NCBI RefSeq assembly: GCF_000150275.1
Contig: NW_002060943.1
Span: 3,678,008 to 3,742,007 of the forward strand
Source: Trichoplax adhaerens
Lineage: Eukaryota; Animalia; Placozoa
DNA: 64,000 bases
Direction: 5' to 3'
Positions 29,801-43,200 of the stretch are shown here, in pieces. The first letter of the stretch is position 1. Every line of letters starts with the position of its first letter. The notes below the pieces were generated by a model, which worked only from the letters and a program-made list of their open reading frames with translations, made no database searches and was not told where the DNA came from. The translations under genes and the position numbers were made by a program.

Positions 29801-32800
29801 CAAGCAACATTTGTCATTAAGCATAGTAGATACGATTACTACTTTCGGAAATAATACCCTAATGCGTCCAAGTAAAATTTATGGATTTTCTGTTCTTATT
29901 CTTGACCGAGTAGATGGTAGCGCTTGCGATAAACCTCGTAACCCTTGTAGGGAACTATGCCTCTCAATCTCGAGTAAAGATGCAGTATGTGAATGCTCTA
30001 CTCATCTGGTGGCGAAAGGTGGTAAATGTACAGGTAAGGATCAGATCGATTTGTAGGTAATAAATTCATCACTAAATTGAAATGAAGACGGCATTGTTGG
30101 TATTACACTAATCGTTTATCGGTTTGGGTACAAAATCTAATTTTAACTATAATTGTCTATCTTACCATGATACCAAGCTTTCTTTATTTGGCTTTCATTT
30201 TATAGAACCCAATGCATATCTGCTGTTTGCTCAGCAAGAGACAATTAGCAAAGCCGATTTAGATGGCAAAAGCAATCCTCACACGTTATTACCAATTCAA
30301 GATATGCATGTTTATCCTGGTACGAAAAACTTTATAAAATCAAAGCATCAAATTCATTCCATTACCTATGATGAAGTGCAAAAATATTACTATTGGATTG
30401 ATAAAAATGATCAGGGCCATTCAGTTATTAATCGAGCTGCTAAATCAACATCAGAGCTTGTAGAATACCAAGAAGTGGTTAATGAAAAGAAACAAGATAT
30501 TTATGATATAGCGTTAGATTCAGTTAATCGCTATCTCTTTTGGTCATCAGAGAACTTACACAGTATTCAGGTTGCTAAAATAGGCGAATGGAAAAGTTAT
30601 TATGCTGTAATAGGGTATCAGTATGCTCCAAGATCAATTGCGATTGATCCCTATAAAAGGTAAATCATTTCTTGAGTATAATAGCAATTGTATTTGCTTT
30701 TCTACTTGCTTCTCCTATTCTCATGAATTTCATAGATTATTAAACTATGTATAATTGACTTATGTAGATAGTGGATCAGTTTTTAATGGGAATTTGATCT
30801 TAATTATTTTACAGCCATATCTACTGGATTCATGCTGGCTCAGCAGATTCACCAAAGATTTATCGTTGCAACTACGATGCGACCTATTCCGCTATTCTTA
30901 TCGAAAACGAATTGTATCAGCCAACATCACTAACAATCGATATTTCAAATTCCTCCAATCGGCTTTATTGGATTGATCTTGGAACTAGAACTATCTCATC
31001 TGCTCGTTCTGATGGCACGAACCGACATGATCTAGATTTCAACGTTAAAAGCCCAATCAACCCATATTCGGTGGCTATTTATTCCAAGTATATTTATTGG
31101 GCTGATCTTCAAGATAGTGCCATTTATAGAAGCTATAAATTACCCAAGAGCCCGCTTTATGCAGTACCTCAACTTGTTTTTAATCGCTTGAGTGATCTAA
31201 CTGGGATTAATGTAGTCAACAATTTTAATATGAAGGGTAAGATTGTCTCAATTTACAGTATACAGCATGAATTTTTAATTTCAATTCTAAACATATATTT
31301 ATGTGTCGATATATGTGTTAAGATAAATATATATATATATATATATATATTTGTATATATAGAGAGAAAACCTATAAAATTACAATTACATTGAGAAATA
31401 AACATTACATACATTTGAAAAACTAGGTTCCGGAGCTTGCTCAAATCATAACTGCACCCATTTGTGCATAGTAGATTCTTATCAAAAATCAACTTTTCGT
31501 TGTTCTTGTCCATTTGGCTATCGTATTCTCAATGATAGTCGAACATGTCAAGGTAAATATAATCAGATTTGATACGTCTTATAAGATACTAGCTTAGATT
31601 AACGCATTACTTATTTCTTCAAACTACTCGTATTAAAAAGCTTGGCTACTGAGTAATTTAATTTCTAAGAAATCAACTCCTATTTTTATTCTATTGATAA
31701 TTAGAAATTAAAGAATGTGGGAAAGGGGAATTTAAATGCCGATCACCTAGCATCTCTACCTGTATTAATGAAAAATCAAGATGCGATAATATAATCAATT
31801 GTATTGATAATTCAGATGAAATTAATTGTCGTAAGTTGAAATTTCTTACATTAAATAAAATATCAAGAAAATGGAGTAACTAGGTTCTAATTATTCCTAT
31901 GTTTTTATTTGCAAATCGAATCAATACTAAAATGGATAGCGAAATGTTCACCATTCCAATTTCATTGCAAAAACGATAAATGTATACCATGGCATAAAAA
32001 ATGTGACGGCATTAATGACTGTGATGATAATTCCGATGAGTTTAGCTGCGGTAGGTGGACATCTATTACGATTTCTTTATTAATTACAGTTGCTAAAATG
32101 CTTGCGCTAATTTTTGGATATTCATAACATTAATCTATTCCATGATTTAAGTTCTGATTTTGCTAGTCGCTTGAACAGAATAAATTAGAGTGAAAATAAC
32201 TGCATTTATCTTCTATTCAAACGTTATTATTCATTCACGATTTTTATTTATATTTATTATAGCTATTTCTTATTTTATTTATACTTCAGTCTTTAATTCA
32301 TTAATATGATGTGTTCATTGTGAGATCATTTAAGCTGCGATTTTAGCTAATTATAGTAACGCTTCATTGATGACAATTATCTTGATTAATTATAGTTTTG
32401 AAACCCACAACGATTGCAGCAACAACAATTATTACGTTATCAAGCAAACCACCGACAAGCGTTACTGATTCACAAACTAAAGGTTTTGATTTCAAACACT
32501 TGGTGATCATTTCTGTTGCTAGTGTGGCCTTTGTCCTCTTGTTGGTTGGAATTATCATATGGCGTTGTTCTAAACGAAAAAATAAAAAAGTAGACGATGT
32601 CCTAGAAACAAAAAGTGGCAAAACTTACATCGGACAAGGTGACATTAGAAATGACAACCAAGAAAGCAACATCGATGGCAATAATCAAACCAATACCAAT
32701 GGAAATAACATTACAGTTTCAATTAATCGCTTGCCCTTACCTGAGAATTACTCTACTTGTCGAGGATTATCACAAATTTATGGCAATGAAATTTCTGCCA

Positions 32801-33219
32801 AGAGCTTGGAAACATTTCATTCCAATCCACCACCTACACCTAATAATCTAAGTTCGGATAATGATGACTATTATGATATTGAAGACGAGGACGAAGGTAC
32901 TTTGGTTGATGAAACCGATACTGCAGTGCTTGAGACTGATTCGGATTATCAATTTTATCACCCTCCTCCAAATACTTCCGATAGTGCATTTTCGGATGGG
33001 AGTACAATCAATATTTATACTGGCTTATATGCTCCACCACCAAGTAGTGTATCCTCTTCAAGCATAGCTGAAAATTCTGACTTTCAAGATCGAGATCGTT
33101 GTAGCACTTACTCCGATTGTAGCCTTAAATATGATAGTTATAGTTCTGTAACACCAGAAAAAATTGCACATAGGCAGCGAAAGAAATTTCATAAACGAGA
33201 AAATATAGTAACATTATAA
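20880..33219 (+). CDS. LRP6: LRP5/6 (Arrow) Wnt co-receptor, 16 exons, about 1640 aa
   Basis: Exons 20880-20940 (signal peptide [20 protein letters not shown]), 24531-24954, 25206-25597, 25891-26037, 26547-26940, 27435-27829, 27931-28059, 28510-28903, 29302-29705, 29914-30033, 30206-30659, 30815-31236, 31427-31552, 31705-31830, 31940-32050, 32396-33219. The total of 4923 nt is in frame. Architecture: four YWTD beta-propeller/EGF pairs, LDLa repeats, a transmembrane segment ([21 protein letters not shown]) and a cytoplasmic NPPPTP motif. Confidence 0.93.
25625..25861. repeat. Intronic tandem duplication (two copies of about 110-125 bp) in LRP5/6 intron 3
   Basis: catacagtagt.ctatttt ... tttccttcttttgcagtaaa ... 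atttcaaattatgc occurs twice. Confidence 0.8.
31328..31350. repeat. (AT)n microsatellite
   Basis: About 11 AT units in an LRP5/6 intron. Confidence 0.9.
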
Positions 33220-33689
33220 TTAGTAGAGTCTGTACCTGTCTAGAATTTATTCTATCGAATTTAAATTGCCTTTCATCACATCTATAAAATTAATATAGTA
33301 TGGATTAACACTAAAAGTATAAGTATTAATGCACGTAAATGTATGTGCAGATACTGTATGTTTGTATAAAAAATATCCAAGAAGAGCTTTAGCAAGATTG
33401 AGATTAGGCATATACAAGCGCAAACAATTCGTTACGATAGTTAAATGGCAATTGCCATATGAATCTCTATCACACTGATTTTATTGATAGCGTAGTAATT
33501 TCACACAATTTTAAACAGTTGATGGAAGAAATGCAATTTCTATATTGTATGTTGTAAACCTTTGACATGATACTTATTTCCTGATATCCCATCACTGGCG
33601 GTATTACTCAAATTCCTTGCGGGATTATTATCTAGAGGAATACCATCATTTTTACTGTTCATTTCTTATTTGTTATTACTATGCAGCAG

Positions 33690-33910
33690 TATGCACATCG
33701 ATTTTTTCTCTCTATAAATCTTAAGATTATAATTTATGCAGCACCATGTTGGATGGTTTATTTTAATGCCGCTAACCAGACTTCAATAGTCGCACGCTCT
33801 CACTTATAATAGGTAGCAGTAAGCACATCGATTTCTTCACATTTAAAATCTTAGGATTGCAAATTATTTAGCACCATGTTGGTGGATTTATTTTAATGCC
33901 ACTAACTAAA
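33690..33910. repeat. Diverged tandem duplication, period about 130 bp
   Basis: gcacatcgattt...aatctta.gatt...agcaccatgttgg...ttattttaatgcc.ctaac occurs twice. Confidence 0.8.
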
Positions 33911-35099
33911 TGTCAATGGTTGTACTTATGGCACTTCATGAGTAAAAGCAAGAAATTTAATTTCTGCTGTTGACTATTCTTCTCTCTAATTCTATGTATT
34001 TCATGAATAGTGCTATTCAATAATATTTAAAGTTAAAACGCGGTACTTCATTTTTCTCCAGCTTGATATAACCTTCATGCTTTCCTCTAAGATTATCATA
34101 TAAAATCTCTTACCATGATAATGGATGATTGTTTATAATTCTTTTGAAAAACTATAAATTGTAAATAATAATTACTATGAAAGAAATGATTTTATGGTTC
34201 TATTGCTCTAATTATTATAATAATTTTCGCTGTTACTTACTACGTCAATATTAAGCAATGGACTCAAGATTGAACAAAAGAAATAAAGATACATTAAAAG
34301 ATCTTCAATATACATCTAATTTGTTACTTTCAGTTAGAATATGGCCAAACATTGTTTGTTACAGGATCGGAATTGATAAAAATTTTAGTCTTATAACGCA
34401 TTTAAATCATTGTGAGATTGTACTATATGAGATTTTATGAATTCAGAAATAATTATCATGAAAACCGTGACTAAATCACCAAAGGTTATTATAGGTAGCT
34501 TGGTCAACAGCAGTATGGGCTATCTGTATCGGTTATATTGTAATCTTTATGGCTGCTTTAATATAGCTAAAATAAGTGATTCCTACTCTTCAGGGTTCTT
34601 AGGAGCATATCGCACGGTATATTCCAGTTTATTACTTAAGTGATATTGTAGATCAACAGATATGCGTATAATATTTATAAATATTCAACTAATATTGAAA
34701 TTTACTCTTTTCTAGAAGAGAGTAGATAAATATGGTGCTGCTGCCTGCTAAGGTAATATATTATTGTATTATCCATATCAAATATTGTTGAAAGGTTAAA
34801 AATGGCAGCACTAACTTTCATGATTTATCAAATTTATCAAGCCCTATACTGTAGTTTGCTATATGTTTATATGAGATTAATTTAAGCATTTTTTGGACCA
34901 TTACTATAAGATGAGATAACTTTATCAGCTAATTAAACTCGATCCAGATATTCAATAATGGAATTTTAAAATGACGCTCTATCAGATATGACAAGAACTG
35001 CGACGAATTGGAATTCATTGCTGAAAGCTTACTTGTACCTTTAACACTATTTCAAGGCTGAAAATTCTGTTTATTTTAAGAATACTTAATCTCTCTTCG

Positions 35100-36200
35100 A
35101 CATATTCTTAAAACTAGCTATCGTACAAAGAGATTGATTAGTAATATAAATTTGAAGTCGTAGAAAAGTCTATTTTGACATTGTATGCTCAACTTTGTTT
35201 ATATTTCTGTTTTTACTAAGCACTAAAATAATTAAAATCATCTTCTTTATAAGATCAAATTAATAACGGCTAAAATCTTAATGTCAATTAAATGGTAAAT
35301 TAAGCCTTTAATATAAAATTTAATCTCAAGTAGATCTACTGTATAGTAGTTTTATCACAAGTGCTTGATCATTTTTTACTTGTGCTACTGATCTTGAAGA
35401 ATAAGTAGCCCTTTCGAATGTTTCTTTATCATGAAAGCTTTCAAAACTAAAGGTTTTCAATGAGTACGATCTAAGAATTCGATTTAGGTATGTAATATGA
35501 AGATATCTCAAAGCAGCCATATAGACCAATGTTATAAATTTCAGGACACTATCTGCGAAAGTAAAATCATTCGTTATAGAATATTTAATTCTTGTTGTAC
35601 CGGTATTGTACAAATAATTTACGACAAGTAGAAGAAGGATAATAGAATATTTCAAAATTTTTAACCTCTTTTAGCTAAATTCTTAAAATTAGCTATTAGA
35701 TAAAGAGATTGATTAGTAATAACAGTTTGAAGTCATAGAAAAGTCTATATTGACAAATTATACTCAAGTATACTTAAATTTCTATTTTTATTAAGCAGAA
35801 TATGATTAAAATTATCTTATTTATAAGATAAAATCAATAGTTAAAAAACTCAAAGTCAATTAAATGATAAATTATGCCTTTAATATAACTTTCAATTTCA
35901 AGTAGACCTAGAGTACAGCAAATTTTTTCATGTAATACTTGATCATTATTTACTTGTGCTACTGATTTTGAAGAATAAATGGCCATTCCTAATATCTTTT
36001 TCATGATGAGCTTTCAAAACTAAGGTTTTCTATAAGTATAATCTAAGAATTATCCGATTTAGCATACAATAACAGACTAAAGCCATAATTTCAGAACACT
36101 AACTACGACAGTAACCTATTTCTAATAGTATATTCATTTTTTATTATACTACACAAATAACATGCAACAAGTAAAAGAGGGATAGTTGAATATTTCTAAT
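35100..36200. repeat. Diverged tandem duplication, period about 575 bp
   Basis: attcttaaaa.tagctat...aaagagattgattagtaat at about 35104 and 35679. Colinear matches (cttgatcatt.tttacttgtgctactgat, gaatatttc) continue to about 35655 and 36198. Confidence 0.9.
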
Positions 36201-36440
36201 CTTCATAAATAGGCAGTTAAGATGTTTACAGTAATTGGCACGGTAGTAAGTGTGTTACTTAAGTAAGCTGATTCCGTACTACACAGTTAAGATATAAGAT
36301 TTTTGAAGCAGTTCTTTGACACAGTCACTTTGTGTCTGTTAATAGAATGTTAATGTTGATTTACATATTTATATTACTAGAAGAAGTAAATCCGTTATTA
36401 ATATTAGATAGAACAAAAAAATGAGTGATCTTGATCTAAT

Positions 36441-39341
36441 TTAAAAGTAAGTTGTTAGTCCTTCATTTTTTATTTTTTCTGTAGATAATTCATACGTTCG
36501 ATAAGTGGTACCATACATGTTAGGCAGTGTTGCAAAATCTCCATGATCGGTTACTAGACGATCAATTTAGGATCCACGATTAGTTATTAGAATCAGAGAC
36601 ATGAGAAATTATGCGAAGGTGATCAATATATTCATTGAAGAAAAAGCTTACCTGAAAATTGTCGAGGTCGACTAACATCATGAACTTGTGATTGTTGGAC
36701 TTGTTTAAGATCATGATTTTCATACGTTGAATACGTTGGTTTTAAACCACTAAAGGAAAAAATTCAATAAATTAAGTAAAATTATCTATTCTTATTGCTA
36801 AAAGAATATAACACTAAATAATTTAAATTAATGTAGCTGTAAAGGATGTAATGGTCATAAAATTGAGCAACTCTATTCTCATAACACGGTAATATCTACA
36901 TTTAGAATTACCTGTTTGGTACAAAATTTGCAGATTTTGGAGTTCGAATCTCCTTAATTTTAGAAAAATAGGGATTTCTATTTGTTAAAGGTCCGGTTGG
37001 AGTTGGTAATTTAGGTAGTACGCTGCAGGAGTGAATATTAGTTTATGTTCGTCAATGCTTAAAAAAACCAGTCCAAACGGAATAACTGACATAAAGTTTA
37101 TCCTTGCATATAGATTAGCTAAAAGGAAAATTATCTCAAGAAAATTTGCTTAACTGATAGGTAGATTTATTCGAAAATAGCAAGTTAAATATTATTATGG
37201 AAACGTCATATTATAGAGCTGTAATTTATTTTCTAGATCTAGTATTCAATTGATAGGCAAATGGGCTTACTTCTGCTTTGGACCAAATCCGCGAACTTTC
37301 GGAAAATTTTCGCATGCCCAATAGGTAGCAATATCATTTTTTGCATAAGGCGCAATTTTCTCCTGGGTATGATGTTCAAAGCTCAACTGTGACTGGGTTG
37401 CATATGGATCAAAATATTTTTCTACATTACTTTTTCGGACGGACTCTTTAATGTAGATTGGCTTCAGCTTTCCGTCATTAAACTAAGTAAGAATCATTTA
37501 ATGATTAGGTAGGTGGTATAATCTTATTGAATAATATCACAACAAACACGATGGCCTTTCAATACTGCAATAGATTCGAATAGCGTATAAAATCGAAATT
37601 AGTCTTGTTGACACTACTTACTTGGTTTTGAAATCTAGAATGATGCTCATTTAAGATATGTGGCCGATTTGCACTTAAATTAATTTGGACATCTCTTTCT
37701 CCGTTGTAATTCGATTTCATTTCAGTATTTTGATTTCCTGTCGTTAGCTCTCGTCCTCTGGGAAGCGAATCGATCTACGCAAAGTAAATCATAGTATCAG
37801 AGATTGTTGGCAATTGCAGCTAATTAAGGCCACAAAGATAAGGAATTCTTGTCAATAGCAATATAAAGTTTCGTTTTGAATCACTTATATCTTTATCAAG
37901 CGACAATAAGTTAATGAAAATGCTAGAAATTGTAAGCAACATCTAAAATAGTTGTATCAAATTATTTCGTAATTTAGGCTTGAGATAATCTGGTAATCGC
38001 TTTAATTTTATGAAGTTTAGGATTAGGATATAATTCAGAGACTTACTTTTTCTATAACATTGCCAGTATATTGAACTTGGTAGAAAGGTTGCGGTTTGGT
38101 GTATCTCGAATTTTTAAACTGACTTGGGTTTTCATGATTATACAGTGTATCATTATTAGTTGTTGTATACATCTGTTTTGTCAGATTATATTTTCCTTCT
38201 CGTATTCCAAGAGGTATGGAATTTCTAGGAGCCTAAAAAAACAAAATGCCTTAGTAATAAATCTGATTGTGAAGCATTTGTACCATCAAAATTTAGCTAA
38301 TTAATATGCTTGTAATTCTAGTTAACAAGCAATTGCCCCGAAGTTGTTGTCAATGGTATAATAATAAATGCTCTAGAGAATGGACCGTAAACACACGTTA
38401 CTTCGCTAATTATTTATATCAATTTAGGATATTATTTTTAATTTCGAGCAAGCGAATTTAAACTGTCATGGTTACATTTGTTGAGAATTATATTATCCAA
38501 TTAATTCATAGTTCCCTTCCGAAGCCTAACTGATGTATGAAGACATTTGTCCATTAGTTTCAATAAATTTTGCGAATACCGTAGGCTAAATGTAATAAAG
38601 AATGATCCATTGATCAATAGGTGGAACTTTAATCATTTCATACTTAGTCATTTAAACGATACACTGATTTCTAACTTAAAGGGATCTACTCATCATTACG
38701 GATTTGAGCATGGAATTTAAAATCATGATTGTCGTCTAATTCATTACCTTTACCGCTAACTATAACAGAATTTTAGATAGAAAATCCAATTTTCCTAAAC
38801 ATTACAACAAATTATAGTATTTGACATCTTCATTTAAGCAACGCTAATAAGGTACGGAGTATAAAGTCCTTACAACTAGAAATTTTAATGGAAAGAGTAT
38901 AAGATTGGCCGCTATTTGTCGACAATTAGTTCCAGCATTAATAAAAATATTATAAGAAAGCTGCATCTGTATTTGAATTCATCTAATAGTAGAGCAATTA
39001 TAGCGTTTACTATCTTTATTCAAACAACCCCTAGTAAGGTACGGAGCATAAAGTCCTTAGAGTTAGAAATCTTAATGTAAAAAGTATTGGATTTGACTGC
39101 TATCTGTCGAAAATTAATTTGAACACAAATAATTTTATTCGAAAATTACATCTTTACCCCAATTCATCTATACCTAATGACAATATTATTCTCTAATTAT
39201 TCTCTCATATTAATTCGAGCAAAAAGTTAAACTTTAATTGGCATATACCTTAAAATTAGAGCTAGGAAATGGACCGTCGGGACCAGGGTTATATCCAATT
39301 CTAGTTGAAGTAGTTAATGTTGGCTGATTACTATCAATCAT
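36441..39341 (-). CDS. SAXO3: SAXO3-like ciliary/flagellar microtubule inner protein (multi-exon, not in ORF track)
   Basis: Phase-consistent open exons 38232-38047, 37774-37622, 37482-37271, 37022-36912, 36749-36652 and 36553-36441 (TAA), with GTAAGT/GTAAGC/GTAATT donors. Probable first coding exon 39341-39249 (MIDSNQ..RIGYNPGPDGPFPSSNFK); uncertain exons near 38759-38690 and 38585-38531. Motifs DPYATQSQLSF, YAKNDIATYWACENFPKVRGFG, VPNSG and LPNMYGTTYRTY resemble SAXO3 as I recall it (KDALTYW...PQVWGHG; VPKAYSTE). The gene model is solid; the name is tentative. Confidence 0.75.
38847..39170. repeat. Diverged intronic tandem duplication, period about 188 bp
   Basis: taaggtacggag.ataaagtcctta..a.tagaaat.ttaatg at about 38848 and 39035. 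Confidence 0.8.
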
Positions 39342-39624
39342 TTTGTAGGCTTTATCTAATGTTGTCGATTGTGCTGATGAATTCGATTTATATTGTACAT
39401 AAAATTCTATTTCAAATTAAGATCGAATGTTTCTTGCACTGGAACTGATCCTATTAATTTATAAAGTAGCGAATAAAAAAGGAACCGAATCGATGATTTA
39501 AAAATGATTTGAGCGATAATTGTAACTATTGCTCTATAAGAAAATAAATGGAGAAGTAGGTTATGAATATGGATACATAATGAGAATCTAACCTCCTCGA
39601 TGTCCGTAGAATTTTAATAACCAG

Positions 39625-39784
39625 GTTGCTATGGTGATAAGAAAGCGTGATCAGTTGTGATGGTAACCTCCTGCTAGCAACTTATCATGCATGATAGAGT
39701 ATCTCGATTCCAACAAATAAAATTATCATGACAATAAAGCCGTTAAATGGCTCTAGTGATTGGTCGATAGAATACCGTTATTGG
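39625..39784. promoter_or_regulatory. Candidate bidirectional ciliary promoter: RFX X-box-like motifs plus two inverted CCAAT boxes
   Basis: GTTGCTATGGTGAT 39625-39638, GTTGTGATGGTAAC 39654-39667, half-site TAGCAAC 39675-39681, and ATTGG at 39759 and 39780. Lies between the divergent SAXO3-like (ATG 39341) and KIF6-like (ATG 40299) genes. Confidence 0.6.
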
Positions 39785-40298
39785 CTATCCAAATGAAATA
39801 CGCAAAGTCAAACTGAATATGAATTACTCTAGTCTATCTCAATCTAGACACTTACCCTATTATGCTATTAGTCTGTAAGGAGAGTAGCAAATAAAATCAG
39901 AATAGTAACTTGTTCAGTATGATATTGTAAGGCATGATTGATACGTTATTTATCTTCATACTAGATAATTTCAAGTTTATAAAGTGAATAGTAAAAGTGG
40001 ACAAGTGATCTAACGATAGGTGAATAATATTATACTGGTAGTAGAGTTGATGGATTAATAAAATTTTATTCATATCGTTATATCTCGTAACATAATATTG
40101 CTAGAATAAGATCATCATTTATTACTTTTTCTGCTCAAATTGCTCTCAATGATTGTTCCGGCTAAAGTCAAGAAAATTAGCGTCATTGACTGAACGTAAT
40201 TAAAAGAATTAACGTGTTGCAGTTACTTATTATTAATCCTTCAATATCTTTACCAATTTACCATTTTAATCCTATAACCCATCTTAAAATGTTGATCC

Positions 40299-43200
40299 AT
40301 GGGTCACATTAAAACATTCTTAAGAGTTAAACCGAGTAAAAATCCTTGTAAATACTTTGTCGCATCAGATCAGTCTATACGAGTTAGTTTACCCGAATCA
40401 TTTTTCTCCAATAAGTTTAATAAAAGTCAACATCAACGGATCATAAGTCATGAATTTCTTTACGATGGCGTTTTTGGACCTGATGCCTTACAAGATCAAA
40501 TTTTTGAAGCAGTGGCTATGCCTGTAGTGGACAGATTTCTTCAAGGCTATAACGGTACAATATTTGCATATGGTCAAACTGGTTCCGGTAAAACTCATAC
40601 CATCGATGGTAGCCAAAAATATTTTCAAGATAGAGGCATAATACCTCGTATCCTATCAGCAATTTATGGTAACATCAAGCAAATAGATAGCAAAGATATC
40701 TCTATCCACGTTACTTATATGGAGATATATAAGGAAGTAGGATATGATTTGCTCAATCCTGCAACAAAAGCTGGCTCTATGATTATTGAGTTGCCAAGGG
40801 TATGCTAAGAAATTATTATTTCGATTCAGTTTTAGTTTAGAAATATAAGTGCGAATATGGAAATAAATTTTAAGCTAATCTTTCTATTTTAGAACTATTT
40901 TCAAGCAAAATCTATTATGTTTTATAGCTATATATCCCTTCTAGTATCTTATTTTACACTTAATAGTTATTTCGTTAACTTCAATACATAACTACTGGAA
41001 GAGTATATGCAGACGTCTTATTTCATCGAAAGATTTTAGGCCATGTTCTGTAAGCGTTACTATCTGAAGTATAGTAAATAATGGCTAGATTTTTGCATTA
41101 GTATAGGCTAAGTTTGCTAACAAGCACAAGAAAGTATCACACGTTTCACAATTTGCTGTACTTGAAGTAATTTTAATCACTTTGAGTGACCGTTTATTAT
41201 AATTTATCGATTGGTCTTTTACTAGATATGTTCATATCGACTATAAGAAATTATCTAAATTTCAGAAGATTAAGCATAGCACATACAATACTACTTTATC
41301 AACCAGATTGCTGCAATCGACTATTTAAAATATCGAATCGTGACTTTATACTTAGTACAATAATTTATCATTTCTTAGTCTTCAGAGCTGTGTTCTCAAC
41401 GCAGATAATTTAGGCTACAGAATTACATTACTCTATTTTATTCTTCAGCCATAATATTATTTAGCAGAAATATTACGAAAATATGATTAGTATGCGCCAA
41501 TATTTTGATGATACTGCTATAGAATACCAATTTAGTTACTACGAGTTAAATGATAGTTACCTAATTAAAGTTATAATTTATCCTTCTTATATAGACTTAA
41601 GTTTCGCCAGTAAAAGAATTATATGAGCAATTTCATGACATTAATTACCATGGAACTTTGTTAGAACCTTGTGGAAAATAATTTTAGATCAATATTCAAC
41701 TGTATCGATAGCTTCTACATACTGTTTACCTAACAGTCCAAAATTTGGTCTACATAATTCACTGTTTCTTCAATGTTCACAGCTAGTGATTAGCAAATAT
41801 ATAGCTATATTTTAGGCTACTAGTACATGTTAGCTTTTAACATTTTACTCTTGTAACCTTACACCCTCGCGTGATAGTACTTCAAAATTATTCTTTATAT
41901 ATTTCGTTAAGACTGCAACCCACTAATTGTCCCGGCATTAATCAGTATATGTATCCATTTTGAACAGAGTTTTACCATGGTATTATCTTATTTAATCTTT
42001 ATTAACTTCCAGTTTATTTTTCTCATTTCCGGCTAGGTTCAAATATTAGATGGTGGAAGAGAAGGTGCACTTATCCGTAACTTATCTTCTCACTTAGCTT
42101 CAAACGAAAGAATTGCTCAAGATCTGATGTTCCAAGGCAGAGCTAATAAAAAAATTGCCGAAACGCCTATGAATCATAATTCATCTCGATCCCATACAAT
42201 ATTTACCATTATACAAACTACAACATCTCAGGATACCCCGACAATTACAAGGTCAGTAATTCTTGAGAAAGAAAATTGAATCTTTATTGAGTCCTAAGTA
42301 AAATACTTTTGTATTTAAGTATATTAATTAATACTAATGAAAGTAATGTAAGAAAATAACTTTGTTCTTTCGCTGATCGTTAAATTCATAGTTTAATTAT
42401 TATAGGAAATAAAATATCAAAATCAGATTAGTAATGTCTGCTTCATAAATCCTCTTTCGCTTTACGTTTTTAAATTAATGCCTTTACCTTCTTTCTGTTA
42501 GCTTATACTAATTGCTCCTATATACTACAGTAGTATTGAAAAATTGTAAACTAATCATCTTTAGTATAAATTTTTTATTTATAGCTGTAGATACTTTTGA
42601 CCTTAGAGTGATAGATTTGATGATAAAAGGTGTAGAATATTTTACAATAAAAGTATAGATAGCATTGTGCCGTGAGTACTAAGAGAGAAGTGGATTTTAT
42701 ATTTGAAACTTCTAAGGCTTGTTAATATAGATACATACAAATTAGGATCTTCTGTACTGGTACTTATAACAAATGGTAATGATTATGCTCGTTTTATAGA
42801 TTGAAATATCTTGTCTATAACTTTTTTCTCCTAGATCTAAACTTCATATTGTTGATTTGGCGGGGTCTGAAAGAGTTTCCAAATCAGGGCTATCGGGCAA
42901 ACATTTAGAAGAGGCTAAATTAATCAATCTTTCTCTATATTATCTTGAGCAAGTCATTATAGCACTACAAGAAGATATAAACTATGCAAGTAGACCCAAC
43001 ACCACATTAACTAATTCAAAAAAGAATCGTTGGTAAGATAAATAAATATACCTCATCTAAATTAAGGAATTTTTAAGTTTGACTTTATATCTACTAAGAT
43101 TGCCGATATTATCGAAATAACTCTATTTTCATGATTAAATGTTATTCTAGGCAAAGATCTAATAGCGCTAATACAGTCCGTTCTGGTAGTAGCTCAGTTA

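Noticed and set aside
35326-35655. 109-aa minus-strand ORF with a hydrophobic N-terminus
   Set aside because: Non-ATG start, lies within one copy of the 575-bp duplication, and no matching ORF is called in the second copy.
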